From: Sarea resinae
Lineage: Eukaryota
DNA: 64,000 nt
NCBI GenBank assembly: GCA_026026165.1
Contig: JAPEUD010000043.1
Span: forward strand, 62,001-126,000
Direction: 5' to 3'
The position numbers and the translations under genes were made by a program. Numbering within the stretch: the first letter of the stretch is position 1; every line of letters begins with the position of its first letter. This document shows positions 1-12,815 of the stretch, in pieces. Below the pieces are notes generated by a model that worked only from the letters and a program-made list of their open reading frames with translations, did no database searches and was not told where the DNA came from.

Positions 1-619
1 GATCATTGGATTCCGACATTGTCCTTTATGTCTCTCGCTCTCGAGTGTGACTAAGTATCAGGATGGTCGAGTCTTGGCAATTTGGCATCCCATATCGAGT
101 CTGTCTGGTCTTGCGGATGGGGACCAATTCGCCTTGGGCCGCCTTATCTGATAGTTTTGCGGCATCTTCATCGTGGCATAACTCGAGGGAACTTACATCC
201 TGATCTCGCTCGGAGGATTCCTGGGTTAAGGGGCCAGGTGATTCTGTCCCTTCTCACGGTCATCCATATATTGGGCGCGAGGGCAGTGATCTGAAGGCTA
301 GGCGGATACAGTCAAGAGCAGGCTTGCTCGTGAGAGATGGCGGCTGGTTTGCGATGGATACGGAGATTGAGCTGCTTTCACCAATTGGGACTCCCTCCTT
401 GGAATGTTCGCTAATCGCGCGTTACTAACCTCGCTGCTCGCTCGCTGATGTCGGAAGATATACTCGGACGCTGCTCGCTTGGTGTGACTGAACCTAAATA
501 TGTTTTACGTGGTTCTCCAGCTCGACTTGTTGGCTTTAGCCTTTGCGCGGTTATGGAGTTGCTTCGGTCCAACTAGGAAAGACGAATGAACTGACAAGAA
601 CAACCCTTTCTACTTATAG

Positions 620-1276
620 ACATACCTTTCACAGACTTTGGGCCCCGTATCCAAGGCCACTATGGTCAATCCCGGTTCAGCCTTTATCACCTTCCGCCGA
701 CCTGGTGTCAGCGCTCAAGAAGCCGCAAAGATTAATGAGCTCTTTGTCGACAAGCGAAAGCTGAAGGTAAATTTCAGAAAATACATGTGCTTGAATGAAC
801 ACTAAATTTCCCCAGGTCGAGCTCGTAAGCACCATTCCGAAGGAGCATGTTAAGCCCTTGGGAGAGCGTATTGTGTAAGTGATGACAATGACCTCAAACC
901 GATCAAGCTGCTGATAAGAAGAAACAGCTCGAAATCAAATGCTTCTGCGCCAAAATCTGCCGCTGCCGCTAAGCCTGCCACGACTAACAATACCGCTACC
1001 CGCGGAGGTCGTGGTGCTCGTGGGCGTGGACGTGGCCGTCGTGGGCGCGACTCTACTGCTCGTGCGAAGCCCAAGACTGCCGAGGAGCTTGATGCCGAGA
1101 TGGCTGATTATTTCGAGACTGGCGTCACTGGAGCTGAAGGTGCCCCTGCCGCTACCAACGGAGCTGCGCAACCCGCTGTGACGAATGGTGGTGACACCGG
1201 CATGGATGACGAGATTCTGGTAGGCCATCATCTGGAGAATCGTCGTGTTAGGCGCATGCTGATAGGTCCTTAGTGA
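620..1276 (+). CDS. YRA1: mRNA export adaptor Yra1/ALY (THO complex subunit 4), 3' part; 5' exons lie upstream of the window
   Basis: Hand-spliced exons 620-766, 816-874, 928-1219 and TGA 1274-1276 give TYLSQTLGPVSKA...AFITF...NELFVDKRKLKVELV (second half of RRM), an RGG-rich linker and the C-box KPKTAEELDAEMADYF...MDDEIL*. Introns 767-815, 875-927 and 1220-1273 are GT-AG with branch sites. Confidence 0.9.
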
Positions 1277-4200
1277 ATCCGTACAAGTCCGCCCGATTGT
1301 CTGAAAAATGGCATTTGTGGAACGGCGTCTTTCCAAGATGGATGGCATGATCCGTGACTTTTTTTCCTCCGGGGGTCTTATGCCTCAAGTCTTTTCCTTG
1401 TGATGTACTTTAATTGCCTACTAGTTGAGCTCTTTCATGTTTTCGTCTTTAGGGTGCGACGGGTTGTTCTATCCTACTTATGTCCTCCGACGGCTTGGTA
1501 TCGTTACAAAGGGTTTGAAGATTGGCGGTGGATGGTCGGACAGTATGCTCCGGGCTATTGAGGTCTCAGAATGAGTTAATGGATGCGAAGGCCGAGGCTT
1601 TCGTAGCCTAGGTTGCTATCAAGAAGGATTTCCTACTACCTACTTAGTATGCTAGCATGCAATGATCAATTTACCTCAGCTGAGACGATGTGTTACCCAC
1701 CTCATTCGTGTTCTTGTAAGCTGAGTTGATCCCCCAAGATTCAGGTGATGGTGCATGTGCAAAGTATATATGATACGAGGCGAAGACGGAGGGGAGTCAG
1801 AAGTCACGAGCCATACTCTCTCTCCAGAAGCATCAGGAGTGTCTTTTCCTTGCTCTCTCCCACCCTTCTGCCCTCCCCCTTGATCATCCGTCGCAAGTTA
1901 GCTGAGGTGGGTAAGGTAAGTATCTTGGGTACCGTAATCATTACTCTAGAAGACGCTCACGGCATATGTCTGCAGCCACTACAATAAGCTACGGAGGTAA
2001 GTAACTCGGACATTATCATCGTCATCATCATCCTCTTTTTCCTTTCCCCTTCCCCAATCCCCCGCATCTTGCTGTGCATGTGCAGGTGCATTTGCCTTTG
2101 CGTTTGCATGAGATAGTTGCCCCCTCCCCCCTCCCTGCCGTTTGCACGCACCACCGATGATGGTTGCATGGTCTAGAAAGCCAAGCTTGTTTTGATTTGG
2201 GGTCGGGGTGGGTTCGGGGTGGGCGGTAAGGCTGATGGAGAGGGCAGGTGGCACCCTACATGATACTATTCTCACAGGGTTCCTCTTGGGGCGAAAGTTG
2301 GGGCTTGCTTGTCATGTGTGTGTGTGGGATGCGTATAGCTGGTTGTAAGTGTGAGGGCGGGGGCGAGGGTGAGGGTGAGGGTGGCATATTGTTCCTCTCC
2401 CCGCCCCCCACGCTCTACCGCACCCCGAGAATGGAGAGGGAGACTGGCGGCACGACGTCGTCGGCGATGCGCCATTGCTAGGAAGGTAGCTATTGTATGG
2501 TATGGTGGGGTGGGAGAGGAATGGATCTGTTTGTTTGTTTGTTTGTTTTGTCTGCTGTGACTGCGGTGTTGGTTGTTGGGTTGTTTTTGCGCATGATACT
2601 CTCTGATGCTTGCTTGCGAGTTTGGGGGTCCATACAGTCAGGAAGGTTGGTAGTAGGGTGGGTATGTATGGAGGTGGCTGATATCGACTCGGGAGGTCAC
2701 AGTACAGTGCAGTACAGTACGAAGTACAGTAGTAGAGAGCTCGAGATGTTTGTTTGTTTTGTTTTGTTTACATAGGTATCTACCTCCCTATCTACTTACC
2801 TTCCGAAAGTTGGCATGTGAAAGTTGCAGGTGCTCAGTGCTTGGTGCGCTTGTGTCAGGAAGGTAGTCCTCCAGGGCTGTCGGCCATGTTTATGTTGCCT
2901 GTTTCATCTTCGTCGAGGCTTGAGAAGAGAAAGAGAGCCGGGGGGGGTACCGGGGTGGGGGTTAAATCGCGTGTGGGGAGCGCGGAGGGAGGTCATCGCT
3001 TGGATATATCCATTAGGGGGTGGGGTGGTGCTTCTGTGTTGTGTTGTGTCGTGTTGGGTTGGGCTGGGTACGGGGCCAGAGAAGAGAGCATCGCTATTCG
3101 TGGCTGTCCCCAGGCCGTTGGACCTTCTAGAAGTGAGGCGTGCGTCCGGCCGCGGCAAGGCCTGGGTCCAGCCCGCACTCTTCTCTGACTGTCGGCGCGC
3201 GATCACGAAGTACGAATACGGTAGGTAATAGGATCTCGAAACGAGTCAGAGCCCCGAGAGCCGGGGTTGAGAGGTCGGTCGCGCGACTTCCTGCTTTGTG
3301 TTATGTTTGCGGGCATGTTGGAATCACATCATCCACGGCAATATCTACCGTGCATTCTCCATCTATCACAACCTCCGCGCGGTTCTCCCAGGAAGATAGG
3401 GTAGGAAGGATAGGATATCATGGTCACAGATACGCAGCTTGCAAATCTATTAGGACCTGGAGGCGCATTCAACCGCCATCCGATTCATCAGATAAACTCC
3501 AATAAGTAATTTGTTTGTCATCCTTTTTCATCCGAACCAACCAGTCATTCTCGGGCCTTCTAGAGATTGAAAGGTGGCGGTGGCGGCGGCGCGCCGTGTG
3601 CGCTGAAGAGCGACCTAGACGGAGCAAGGGAAGTTCAACGATGCAGGGTGCGAGGCGCAAGAGCTTCCACTGGTCTTTCTGCCCAAAGTAGACCAGACGG
3701 CTCCGTTCCGTTCATCATTGTACTTCGGATATCTGTGTGCGTGCATGTGGCTGGTTGGATCGTCCATTTGCTTCGTGCTGAACTTTCCTCTCTACTGTGC
3801 GGGCCATCGAGCAGGGACATCTTGGTGACGATCCAGGAGACTGTATAGTAGCAGTAGAAAGAAATGCAAAGCAGAGGTCCAAATCTTGTTTGGTTCCGAT
3901 TATGGTCTGAATTCTTTACTAAATTCAACATGTGGAATTTTTAGATCGATATTTTAAACATCGTTTATATTCATGTTTGTTGTTTATGGTCCAACGCTGT
4001 TCAATAACTTGCTATTGATTTTATTAGTAGATTGAAAAGACAAAAGATCATGATATGACTGTACTAAGAAGGCAGAAGAGTTCTTCCTCCGTCTACGCTT
4101 TTGCCATTAACCCCTATCCTAGAACACTCGGTTTTGACAACAAAATCCCAGATAGATACCACAAGAACCAGTGAAGATATGCCGAAGGAATGAAGAGGAT

Positions 4201-7200
4201 ACATAGAGACTGAAATGTGGACCTCCTCAAATTAGAGTCCCATATGAATATATCATAGACCAGAAGATTGCGCTATACCCATGCTTCGTCTGGATGAAGA
4301 AGGTTTCAGCTCCCAGCTAAGCCGAATCCCCCGCATTCAAGAATATAGATCTCCCGACAGGACGACGGGATGCGTAAACTCTTGTCTCCCACCTTCGGCA
4401 GACAAGCTTAGCGGAAGTCGCCGGAAGAAAGACAGTCTTATCGATAGCGATATGCGGATAGAAGCGGTCTGTCACCGCCGTTTCTTCTGCATGACGCCTT
4501 ACCGGCTTACAATTCCGAGTTCAACACCGTCTTTCTCAAGCCACATCTGATATTATCTAGCATACATATATGCAGCAACGCGACGCAGCACCTCTGATCT
4601 ACCTGGCCGATATGCCTGGCACGCAAGAGCTCGGAAGTGAGCGCCGATCAGCCTCCCGTTCGAGGCCGTGCGTCAGTCAATGAAGGAGTGGCAAGGTAAA
4701 AAGAACAAGAAACACTTGCATCCAGAACGAATGTCCGAGGGCGTACTCGACAGCTTTACGAGTACAGTCATGCCGCCCGCGTGGACATCGACTGCGATCC
4801 AGTATCCGCGATGTACAACACGCCTTGAGACCAACCGAGACGTAGACGTATCACATCACCTTTGCCTTTTCTCAGCCTGACCCAGACGTGAATCATCAAC
4901 ATCACCAGCATCAGCAATGGATCAGCATCAGCATCAGCTCCGCGGACGATCTCAAACATCCATCTCAGTCATCAACATCGATGACGTCCTTGTCAGCAAG
5001 TCAGCTAGCTACCTACCTACTTCGTACCTCCGGTAGTCAGTCGGTCAGTCAGTCATCTGCGGAGAACCCGGCCTGCCTTCCCTTTCCCTTCCTGAGACCC
5101 CTGGACCCCTCCCTCCCTGAACCCCGGATCCGACGATCCACCGCCCGCCACCACCGGGAGAGACCGTTATGTACTTCGTAGATGTGGTGGGGGAAGGCCG
5201 GGGGGCCCGATCCCGCTGACGTGAGGCAGATCTGCCCTACAAGTGCCGTTTCCCGTAAAGCCGTTTGCGCGCCGATCTAGGCGCATCTCAGGCTAAGATG
5301 CATTAGTAAAGGTAGCACACTCCCTTGCCCCATACTTTGGCAATTCCTCCGGATTACTCACTACGAGTACTGTCCTCCTTTTCCTTCGCTCTTTCCGTCC
5401 TTGGTAATTGAATGCTTTCTCTACCTTTCACACCATGAAGATCAGCTACTTCGTACATGTTGTTCGGTGCCGCAGTAGTAATCTACATCCCCCGAGGTAC
5501 TTCGTACTTCGTACAGTACCTGAAGTGCAATGCTGCGGCTGGACATACGCAGTAAGACCAACGCGCTCTCTCGCTCTCGTGGGCTCTCGCGCGCGCGAGA
5601 TACTCCGGCACGCTCTCTCTCTCCCTCAAAACCCCATCCCGTCGTCCCTCTGGGGCTCCGGGGAAGATACAGTGGAGGTACGAAGTACGAAGATACTTCC
5701 AGCTATCTCCTCCCCCCACCTCGAGGCTCCAACATGGCGTCGACACCAACACCAACACCAATACCAATACCAACAACAACATCGTACCTACCTAGGTATG
5801 GCACTTCCCCCTCACCACCAATGGGACCGACGGAATGACGCCGTCGCGCGCCGCGTCGCGCCGAGCCGCACCGCACCGCACCGAGCTGTAGAGTAAGATA
5901 AGATACCTCCCTCCCTAGGTGAGTTACTGCCTACCTTATAAGTAAGGTCAGATCAGGTAGCATCAGATACGAGTACTCCGTAGAGTGCATAGAGTGCATA
6001 GAGTGCATACAGTCAGACAAGGCGAACGCTACGCTACAGTACATAGTCCCTTCAGCTTATGAAGTACCTACCTACCTACCTAAGGTAGGCCACCCTTCGC
6101 CCCGTCCCGCCCCGACCCACCCCGCCTTACCCCGAGCCGTATCGCACGGCCGGTAGAAAAGTACTGTAATCCGGGGTATGGAAGCGTGCTACATACTAGT
6201 AGCAGAGTCAGTGTACCAAGGACGTCTAGATATGGCGGTCAATAGTAAGTGCAGTCACCTCAAGTATGGACATAGTAAACGGCGGCTTTGATAATGATGG
6301 GAAAGATGGATGGGTGTAGTAGGTTAGGTAGATAGGTAGATAGATGGACAGATAGATAGACAGACAGACAGACATGGAGCTATCACTGCCTCAACACGAG
6401 CAAAGGACCATCCATCTACTCCCTTCTACCTCCACCCGCAAGAAACGAGAATTCTTTGCTTTCTCCGACTCTTTTCCCTCGCTTCCTGCCTCCTTCCTTT
6501 ACAGGCCGAACACGAGTAGGACGAAGAAAAAAAAAGCATATCTCTCTGACGCGGGAGCTAGCATCCATTGCCTCCAGCTGTATCCGTACAGTAGAGGAGG
6601 AGGTTAGAGTGGTGTAGGCCGTACGTAGACCGCCATCTTTTTTCATGTCTGCCCGCCTGCCCCATCCACCCACTCATGTATTCGAGTGATTGAGATCATA
6701 CATAGTCCATCTCAAGACATTCAAGATCTGGATTGTCACCGCTCTGCAGATACTCTGTCCCTGCACGTACATACCCTCCCTACTCCTCTACCGTCCACGG
6801 TCCCAACAAACAAAGGCCACGGAGGAGTAGATGGTAGCTAGGATGTATAGTATCTGGAGCAGCCAGCCCGGCAACTAGTATGCTAGCATGCGAGATACGG
6901 TGAAGATGAAAGTGGAGATGAGGATGAGATGGGTGCGATATGATCTGATGGGACGCAATGCAATGCATATGCAATGCACTTGATCTCCCCGAGACGAGAC
7001 GAGACGAGACGAGACGAGAAGGTCAAACAGAAGAAGAAATGTGCACGGTAGAAAGTCCAAGTAAGGTACCTAGGTACTTCGTACTTAGGCTAAGGTATGG
7101 ATAGTAAGTGGTAGGTACCTTATACCCCTAGGTAGGGCAAGTATTCGCTCGACCACCAAACAAACAGACGAAGGGTCGTGTCTCGGTACTGCCGAACCCC

Positions 7201-10200
7201 CGCATCCAGACCAGACGGCCCAGGCACAACGAAAATGAAGAGGAGAAAAAGAGTCTGTGCGAAAAGAAAATCCTTTTCTACTCTTAGCAGGTCAAACAAG
7301 CACGAGCGAACAATCAGGTCCTCACCGCTTTCAAGCCATCTCTTCTTTCCCGTCTCTCCCCGGCAGCCTCGCTTCACCGCCGACCGCCGCCGCGCTTGGC
7401 ATGGCATAGCATTGGATCGCATGCTCCGGGTGGCAGACGCAGTCCGGCCGGCCAGCCCCCCAACCCAACACCACCGTCTCTTAGGCGGACGCCATCCCGG
7501 CATCGGCCCGACGGGAACGAGAGCCTAAGTGCCCCCTTCGAACTTACCTGAATCGTCTACCCGTTGGCTTTCCCTAGGTACTACAGTAGGTAGGGTCGTG
7601 GTGGTGGTGGCCCCTTGGGCTCGGCATCCCCCGAATGTAAGGCAAAGATGGCATACCAGTCTCCCCACGCTTGTCGCCCACGCTCATCTTAAAGCCCGTT
7701 CCGGTCCCACGCTGCCCAAACGGGGAAGCAGGGGTGTGTGGTTCCGCGCGCTCCCACTGAGGGTCTGTTTCCGGAGACGATATTTTCGCTACATACAACG
7801 AGGAGCTAGAGAGTGAAGAAAAGAGAAAGGGGAGGAATCGAATCGAATCGAGTATCAAAAGAGTTAGAAGGCCAAGACGGGGAACGATATGGAATAGAAT
7901 GGGGTTTGACTAACTCAGTAGTGGGATTACCCGAGCTTTTGCCCAAATTACCGGACCTCACTTACGCAGTACTCCTATTACTACTCCGTACCGGACACAT
8001 GAGGATCGCTAGGATAACTAGAGCGCTGGGAACATTAAGAGACGATCCATGCCCAGGATGATGCAAAATTCCGAGCTGGTGGTTTGAGTTGACCCTTTTA
8101 GTGAGCCATGCCATGCCATTATCATATCTTACCTACCTAGCAATCATATCGTGACAGCCCAAACGTACGGGTTCTTTTACCACTACTGATCCCATATCGT
8201 CTCCCCCCGACGCTCTGGTCTCTCCACTACGCGTTGACTGGACTCTAGCTCTCTGCTAGCTAGAGGCTGATCGTAATCATTGCTGCTTTCTGGTTCTGTT
8301 GCTCTTCCGCGCTCGGCTTCATTTCCGTCCCACGCTTTTGCGAGATGAGATGAGACGAGACACTGGTACGGGTACGGTACGTCGGTCCGGGATTTCTAGG
8401 CCGCCTTAGCAGGGGCAACTTCGGCGTACTAGGGATTTAGGTATGTGGTAGGTAGGTAGGTAGGTAGGTAGGTAAGGTAGGTAGTCGAGCCCACGCGGTG
8501 CGGACTACTATGACAAGAGGATGCTATTCTTGTTCACGCCTATCGAAATGACGATATGGCTGAGCCACTCCGGTGGTCTCTTGCAGCTGGTAGGTGAGAT
8601 CCATGGATGTCTCTCGCCCCGTCGCTTACCCCGTTCTGTGGGATGCGATACCTATCCAATACAAACTCTCTGGCTTTGTGACATCGATAGATTGGAATGT
8701 ATTTGACCTTCCACATCAGCCAGCAGTGTCAAAGGAGTCATCGAGTCGGATCTGATAGAGCCTGAGAGTGGGCGCAGCGACGATCTTGTATCTGAATGCC
8801 AGGTCACGTCGTACGCGCGCGGACACGGGAACAAAAGTCCAAGGCTGGCTGGCTTCTGAAGGATGTGATGTGGCCTCGAAGCATATCTTGACCTTCTCAT
8901 TTTAGCGGAGCATAGGCAAGCCACGGGGCTGGCTGGCTGGCCGAAACGCATTCATTTGTATACAGACTGCTCCTGTTGGGCGACTCTGACCATGTTTGTA
9001 ACATTTCAATATGCCAACAGGCCTTCTACTTTGGTCTCGTACTGTATTGTACCTTGCTTTCGCTCTGCAGTGCAGTGCAGTGCAGTGCAGTGCCGGGCCG
9101 TGTTGTCCCTGCGTGGTCCGCTGCGAGATGGCTGTTCCGCGAGGCTTGCGACCGTAGAGAACAACAAACAGCAATACAGCATCAAGGGGAGACCGTGATG
9201 ATTATTGATATCAACACATTTGACGAATGCAGTCGGTGTGTGAGTAATGTACAAGGGCTGGGAAGACGTTCCCAACGTCGCCACGTCGTCATTAAATGTC
9301 CGGAATCGCATCGTAATCAGAACCGGAATCACCATCACAATCATATGCTTGAGGTTGGGGCGGTGTACCGATATGAAAGTGTGTGCGTGTGTTTCTTCCT
9401 GCTTGGCCAAACAAAGAGATCGATGACCCTACCACGTCGGACATGTACTGTACTTCGTGCGATGTAATTTGTCACTCGGTTTGGTGGGCAAGGTAAGCTG
9501 GAGCGGCTGGATGATTACGGGCCTTGTTCCTGTCTGTCCTGCTGCTGCCGTCGACGGACTGACCGACCGACCAACTGACAGCCACCGTTGCATTGAGATC
9601 CAGCCGTGGACGCGTTGGTATTCGCGATACGATTATTTGTTTGTCGTGACCTACCTGAGATACGAGTATGTACCTACATCGTAGTCGGAGCCGCCGTGTG
9701 TGCGCGTGTGTTGTGCATGTGTAAGACGTCGAAAGATGAGATACCAGAATAAACCCTTGGGGACCCTGAAAGGTCCGTACGCCGTAGTATTATTGTGAGT
9801 TGCGTGGGTGATCGGCCGACTGACTGGTCGGAAGGTGATTTTGGGGGGGAGGGAGAGGGGGCCGAAGGGTTGTGATGGATGGGAAGGATGGGATGGATGG
9901 GATGGAATGGGGGCAACTCATTTTGGGCTCAGATGGCTCATTAGGGGGTTCTCGGGGGCTGGGCCTTAGGGCGTGTGGGCCGAGGGGGCGAGTCGTGGTA
10001 GACTAGGAGTGACTACGACTAGAGTACTCTGGCACTCTGGCACCGTCGGATGCGACAGTGCTGGAAGACGCGGTGAGCGAGCCGTCGCCAGCACTAAACC
10101 ACGTCGGGCATCTAGACTTACGGTCAGAGTACAAACGGAGTAAGGCAAGGCAAAGGCCAGGGTTGGGGGGCGCAAGAGGGTCGACGAGGTGGAAAAGGTG

Positions 10201-10648
10201 GAAAAGGTAATCTTGGTTCCATGTCAGTTGTTGTTGTCTAGGCGGCGGCCGGCTCTCTGGACCCTGGTCGCCGTGACCCTTGCCCCGTTCCGCGGATGGG
10301 GCAGAGACATGGGGGTGGCCCGGCCTCATAGCAGACACACACGGGGGTGGTGCGTGGGTGGGATGTGCGTCCGAATACGGATGACTGTAGTAATACGCCC
10401 ATGGGCATTCGTGCCAGAGTTATAAACATCATCATCATCCACTCCTCTCGCCGTGGCACGCAAGTGAATATTGATATTGTTTCGTTGGCAGCAGTGACTC
10501 ACCTCCGAGCTGGCTTTCCATCTTCGTTGGCCATGCAAGTCTTGACATCTTCATAACACATCGCCACGCGCTTTCGAACATCTTCGTTGATATAAATGCT
10601 CTATCGACCACCCTCGGTCCACGTCTACACTTAACGCTGATCTCAGCC

Positions 10649-11167
10649 ATGTTTCTCAACACCTCTCCATCGATGTCGCCGGCATCTTCGTCCAACACCT
10701 CTCCCGCCAACTCTCCCGTCGTCTCTCCCGCCATCTCACTCGACTCGACCTTGAGGAGCTCCGTTACCTCGTCACCAGCGGACTCTCTCTATGGCATCGA
10801 CATCTATCCCCGAAGGCCGTCGTGGACTTCAAACAAGTCCTCATGCGCCTTTCCCTCGTGGCCTAACCGCGACTCGCTATACTCGAAGCCTATCGAGGCT
10901 GCTAGCTCGTACATCTCGGATGATGATCTCTTCCCCGATGTCTTCGAAGACGAAGGCGATGCAAACTCATCTGCCTCGTCCGAACAACGAAACCAGACCC
11001 GCACCAACACGCAAGCTCCCATTTCGATGGAACTCATCAACGCGTTGAATCCGATGCCTTGGTGCGCGTCGAGCGCTCCGAAACAAACGAAGCAGCGGAG
11101 ACGAAGCTCGCGCAAGGTCCGAAGGACATCAAAACCCATGTCGCCGATTTCCGAGGGTCCAGAATGA
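10649..11167 (+). CDS. Small (172 aa) Ser-rich, largely disordered hypothetical protein
   Basis: Single-exon ORF with GCCATG start and coding-like codon usage. Motifs RRPSW, SCAFPSWPNRDSL, ASSYISDDDLFP, a basic RRRSSRK stretch and terminal MSPISE. TATA-like TTATAAA at 10421. Confidence 0.8.
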   Translation: MFLNTSPSMSPASSSNTSPANSPVVSPAISLDSTLRSSVTSSPADSLYGIDIYPRRPSWTSNKSSCAFPSWPNRDSLYSKPIEAASSYISDDDLFPDVFEDEGDANSSASSEQRNQTRTNTQAPISMELINALNPMPWCASSAPKQTKQRRRSSRKVRRTSKPMSPISEGPE

Positions 11168-12215
11168 AGCATCGAACAAGACAACAGTGAAGATTTATTA
11201 TATCCAGGTTAGTACTTAGCAACAGTCAAATACAACTTCAAATGAACATGGCTGATGAAAATGATTAGATCGCATGGGACAATACCATCGAGCTTGAACT
11301 TCATCCATGCCATGGGTGCCGGCCGCTTTTGTGACCATACAGAATGCTCAGTGATAATATCAACCTCGAGTGCGGTGCACATGTCCCGCTCTGACACAAG
11401 TCTATCGAGTGTGTCAACAATGACTGAAGAACACCTCCCGACATGAAAACCATGTCTACAAGCTTCCCTGTCTCGATGAGCGAGACGGTCAGCGTCGATC
11501 GGCAAAGTCAGTTCAGGACAGGGGTTGGTCGTGATGGTCTTTGATCTCAGTCCATCCAGTGAGGCTTTGAAAAGACGATCGATGATCCAGTTATCACGGA
11601 CCCCATCACAACGACGACTTCTTATGACAAGGACATGGAGCAAGCTCTGTGCCCGAGACACCAACGGGAGGATAACGGGCTCTTATGAGCAAATGAAATG
11701 TGTGGGGCATCGGGATCCTCGAGGGTGTACCTCGTCATCTATGTTACTGCATGTGGATAGGACTCACCGTCACCTGAAGGTGATGTCGTTGGGTAGGGTT
11801 GAGGTTGTGAGCCCAGCAAATGCAAGGCTTCAGGAGGAATGGCAATGATGCATAGGCCATAGCTCAAGGGGAAGAGAAGCTGGGGAAATTAGCGTGGGCG
11901 CGTACCACGCGAAGCTCGGAACTCAAGTTCGCTGTAGTTACAGAAGTTGTACTTCGTCCGAGGAATCCAATGAAATCCCAGAATTGGAATATAGCAATAA
12001 GCGGAGGCAAAATTCGTGACTTGTACTGGTGCAAAAAAGGAAGCAAGCAGCAATGAATGAATCGCGATCGAGGCAAAAGCGATCACAGGCCTCTAATGAC
12101 CTGGACCCGAGGACCTGCGGTCGGTCAACCATGCCTCCAGGTTAGAGCGGTCAAAACTGTCAAGCTGTCAGAGCTCCCTCATCGATGACCGATCAATCGT
12201 TCTTCTTCTGCTGAA

Positions 12216-12267
12216 GATGGACGTCATTGCCGGTGACAACGGATGGACGTCATTGCCGGTGACAACG
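12216..12267. repeat. Perfect 26-bp tandem duplication
   Basis: GATGGACGTCATTGCCGGTGACAACG occurs twice, head to tail. Confidence 0.95.
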
Positions 12268-12755
12268 GTTGATGGCTGAGGGTGGCGCTGTCTCTTTTAT
12301 ATTGAGCGGAGATGAAGAATGAATCTGAGATGATCTTCGCTTTGATCCGCGGCACATGACGATTTACCCACAAGTTTTCTAGGTACGCTCGGACACTGCG
12401 CGTGCGGGACCTTGACGGGCACCGCGAACTCGACCACTTCAAATGTGTTAGGCGGGCGGGAAGAAGCGGTACAGTTACTCGTAGATGCAAGTGTGCAATG
12501 ATGTGGCGCGCGTTCGATGACAGTCTGACGATTGACCGATTTGGTCTTTACGTTCTCGTCCCGCTCCTACAACTGGTTTCAGTGATTCCCCTCGAGCAGA
12601 CGAATACCGACTGCCACAATAGCCATGAGCATGGCTCTACATAGTAGAGTAGGACCGCCATGACTGCCGTTTCTCGGGACAGAAATGGCACACCGAAGTG
12701 ACAGCGTAGCCGGCCGGCTTGGCCAAACGTGCGGTGTCGTGGTGTCACGGTGCTC

Positions 12756-12815
12756 TGCATCCATACTTGCATCCATACTTGCATCCATACTCGCATCCAT
12801 ACTCGCATCCATACT
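12756..12815. repeat. 12-bp minisatellite, 5 copies
   Basis: YGCATCCATACT x5 (three T-type then two C-type units). Confidence 0.95.

Noticed and set aside
2272..2475. Minus-strand ORF MAHRRRRR... with a reasonable start context
   Set aside because: Mostly translated microsatellite (CACCCT, CA repeats); no recognisable motif.
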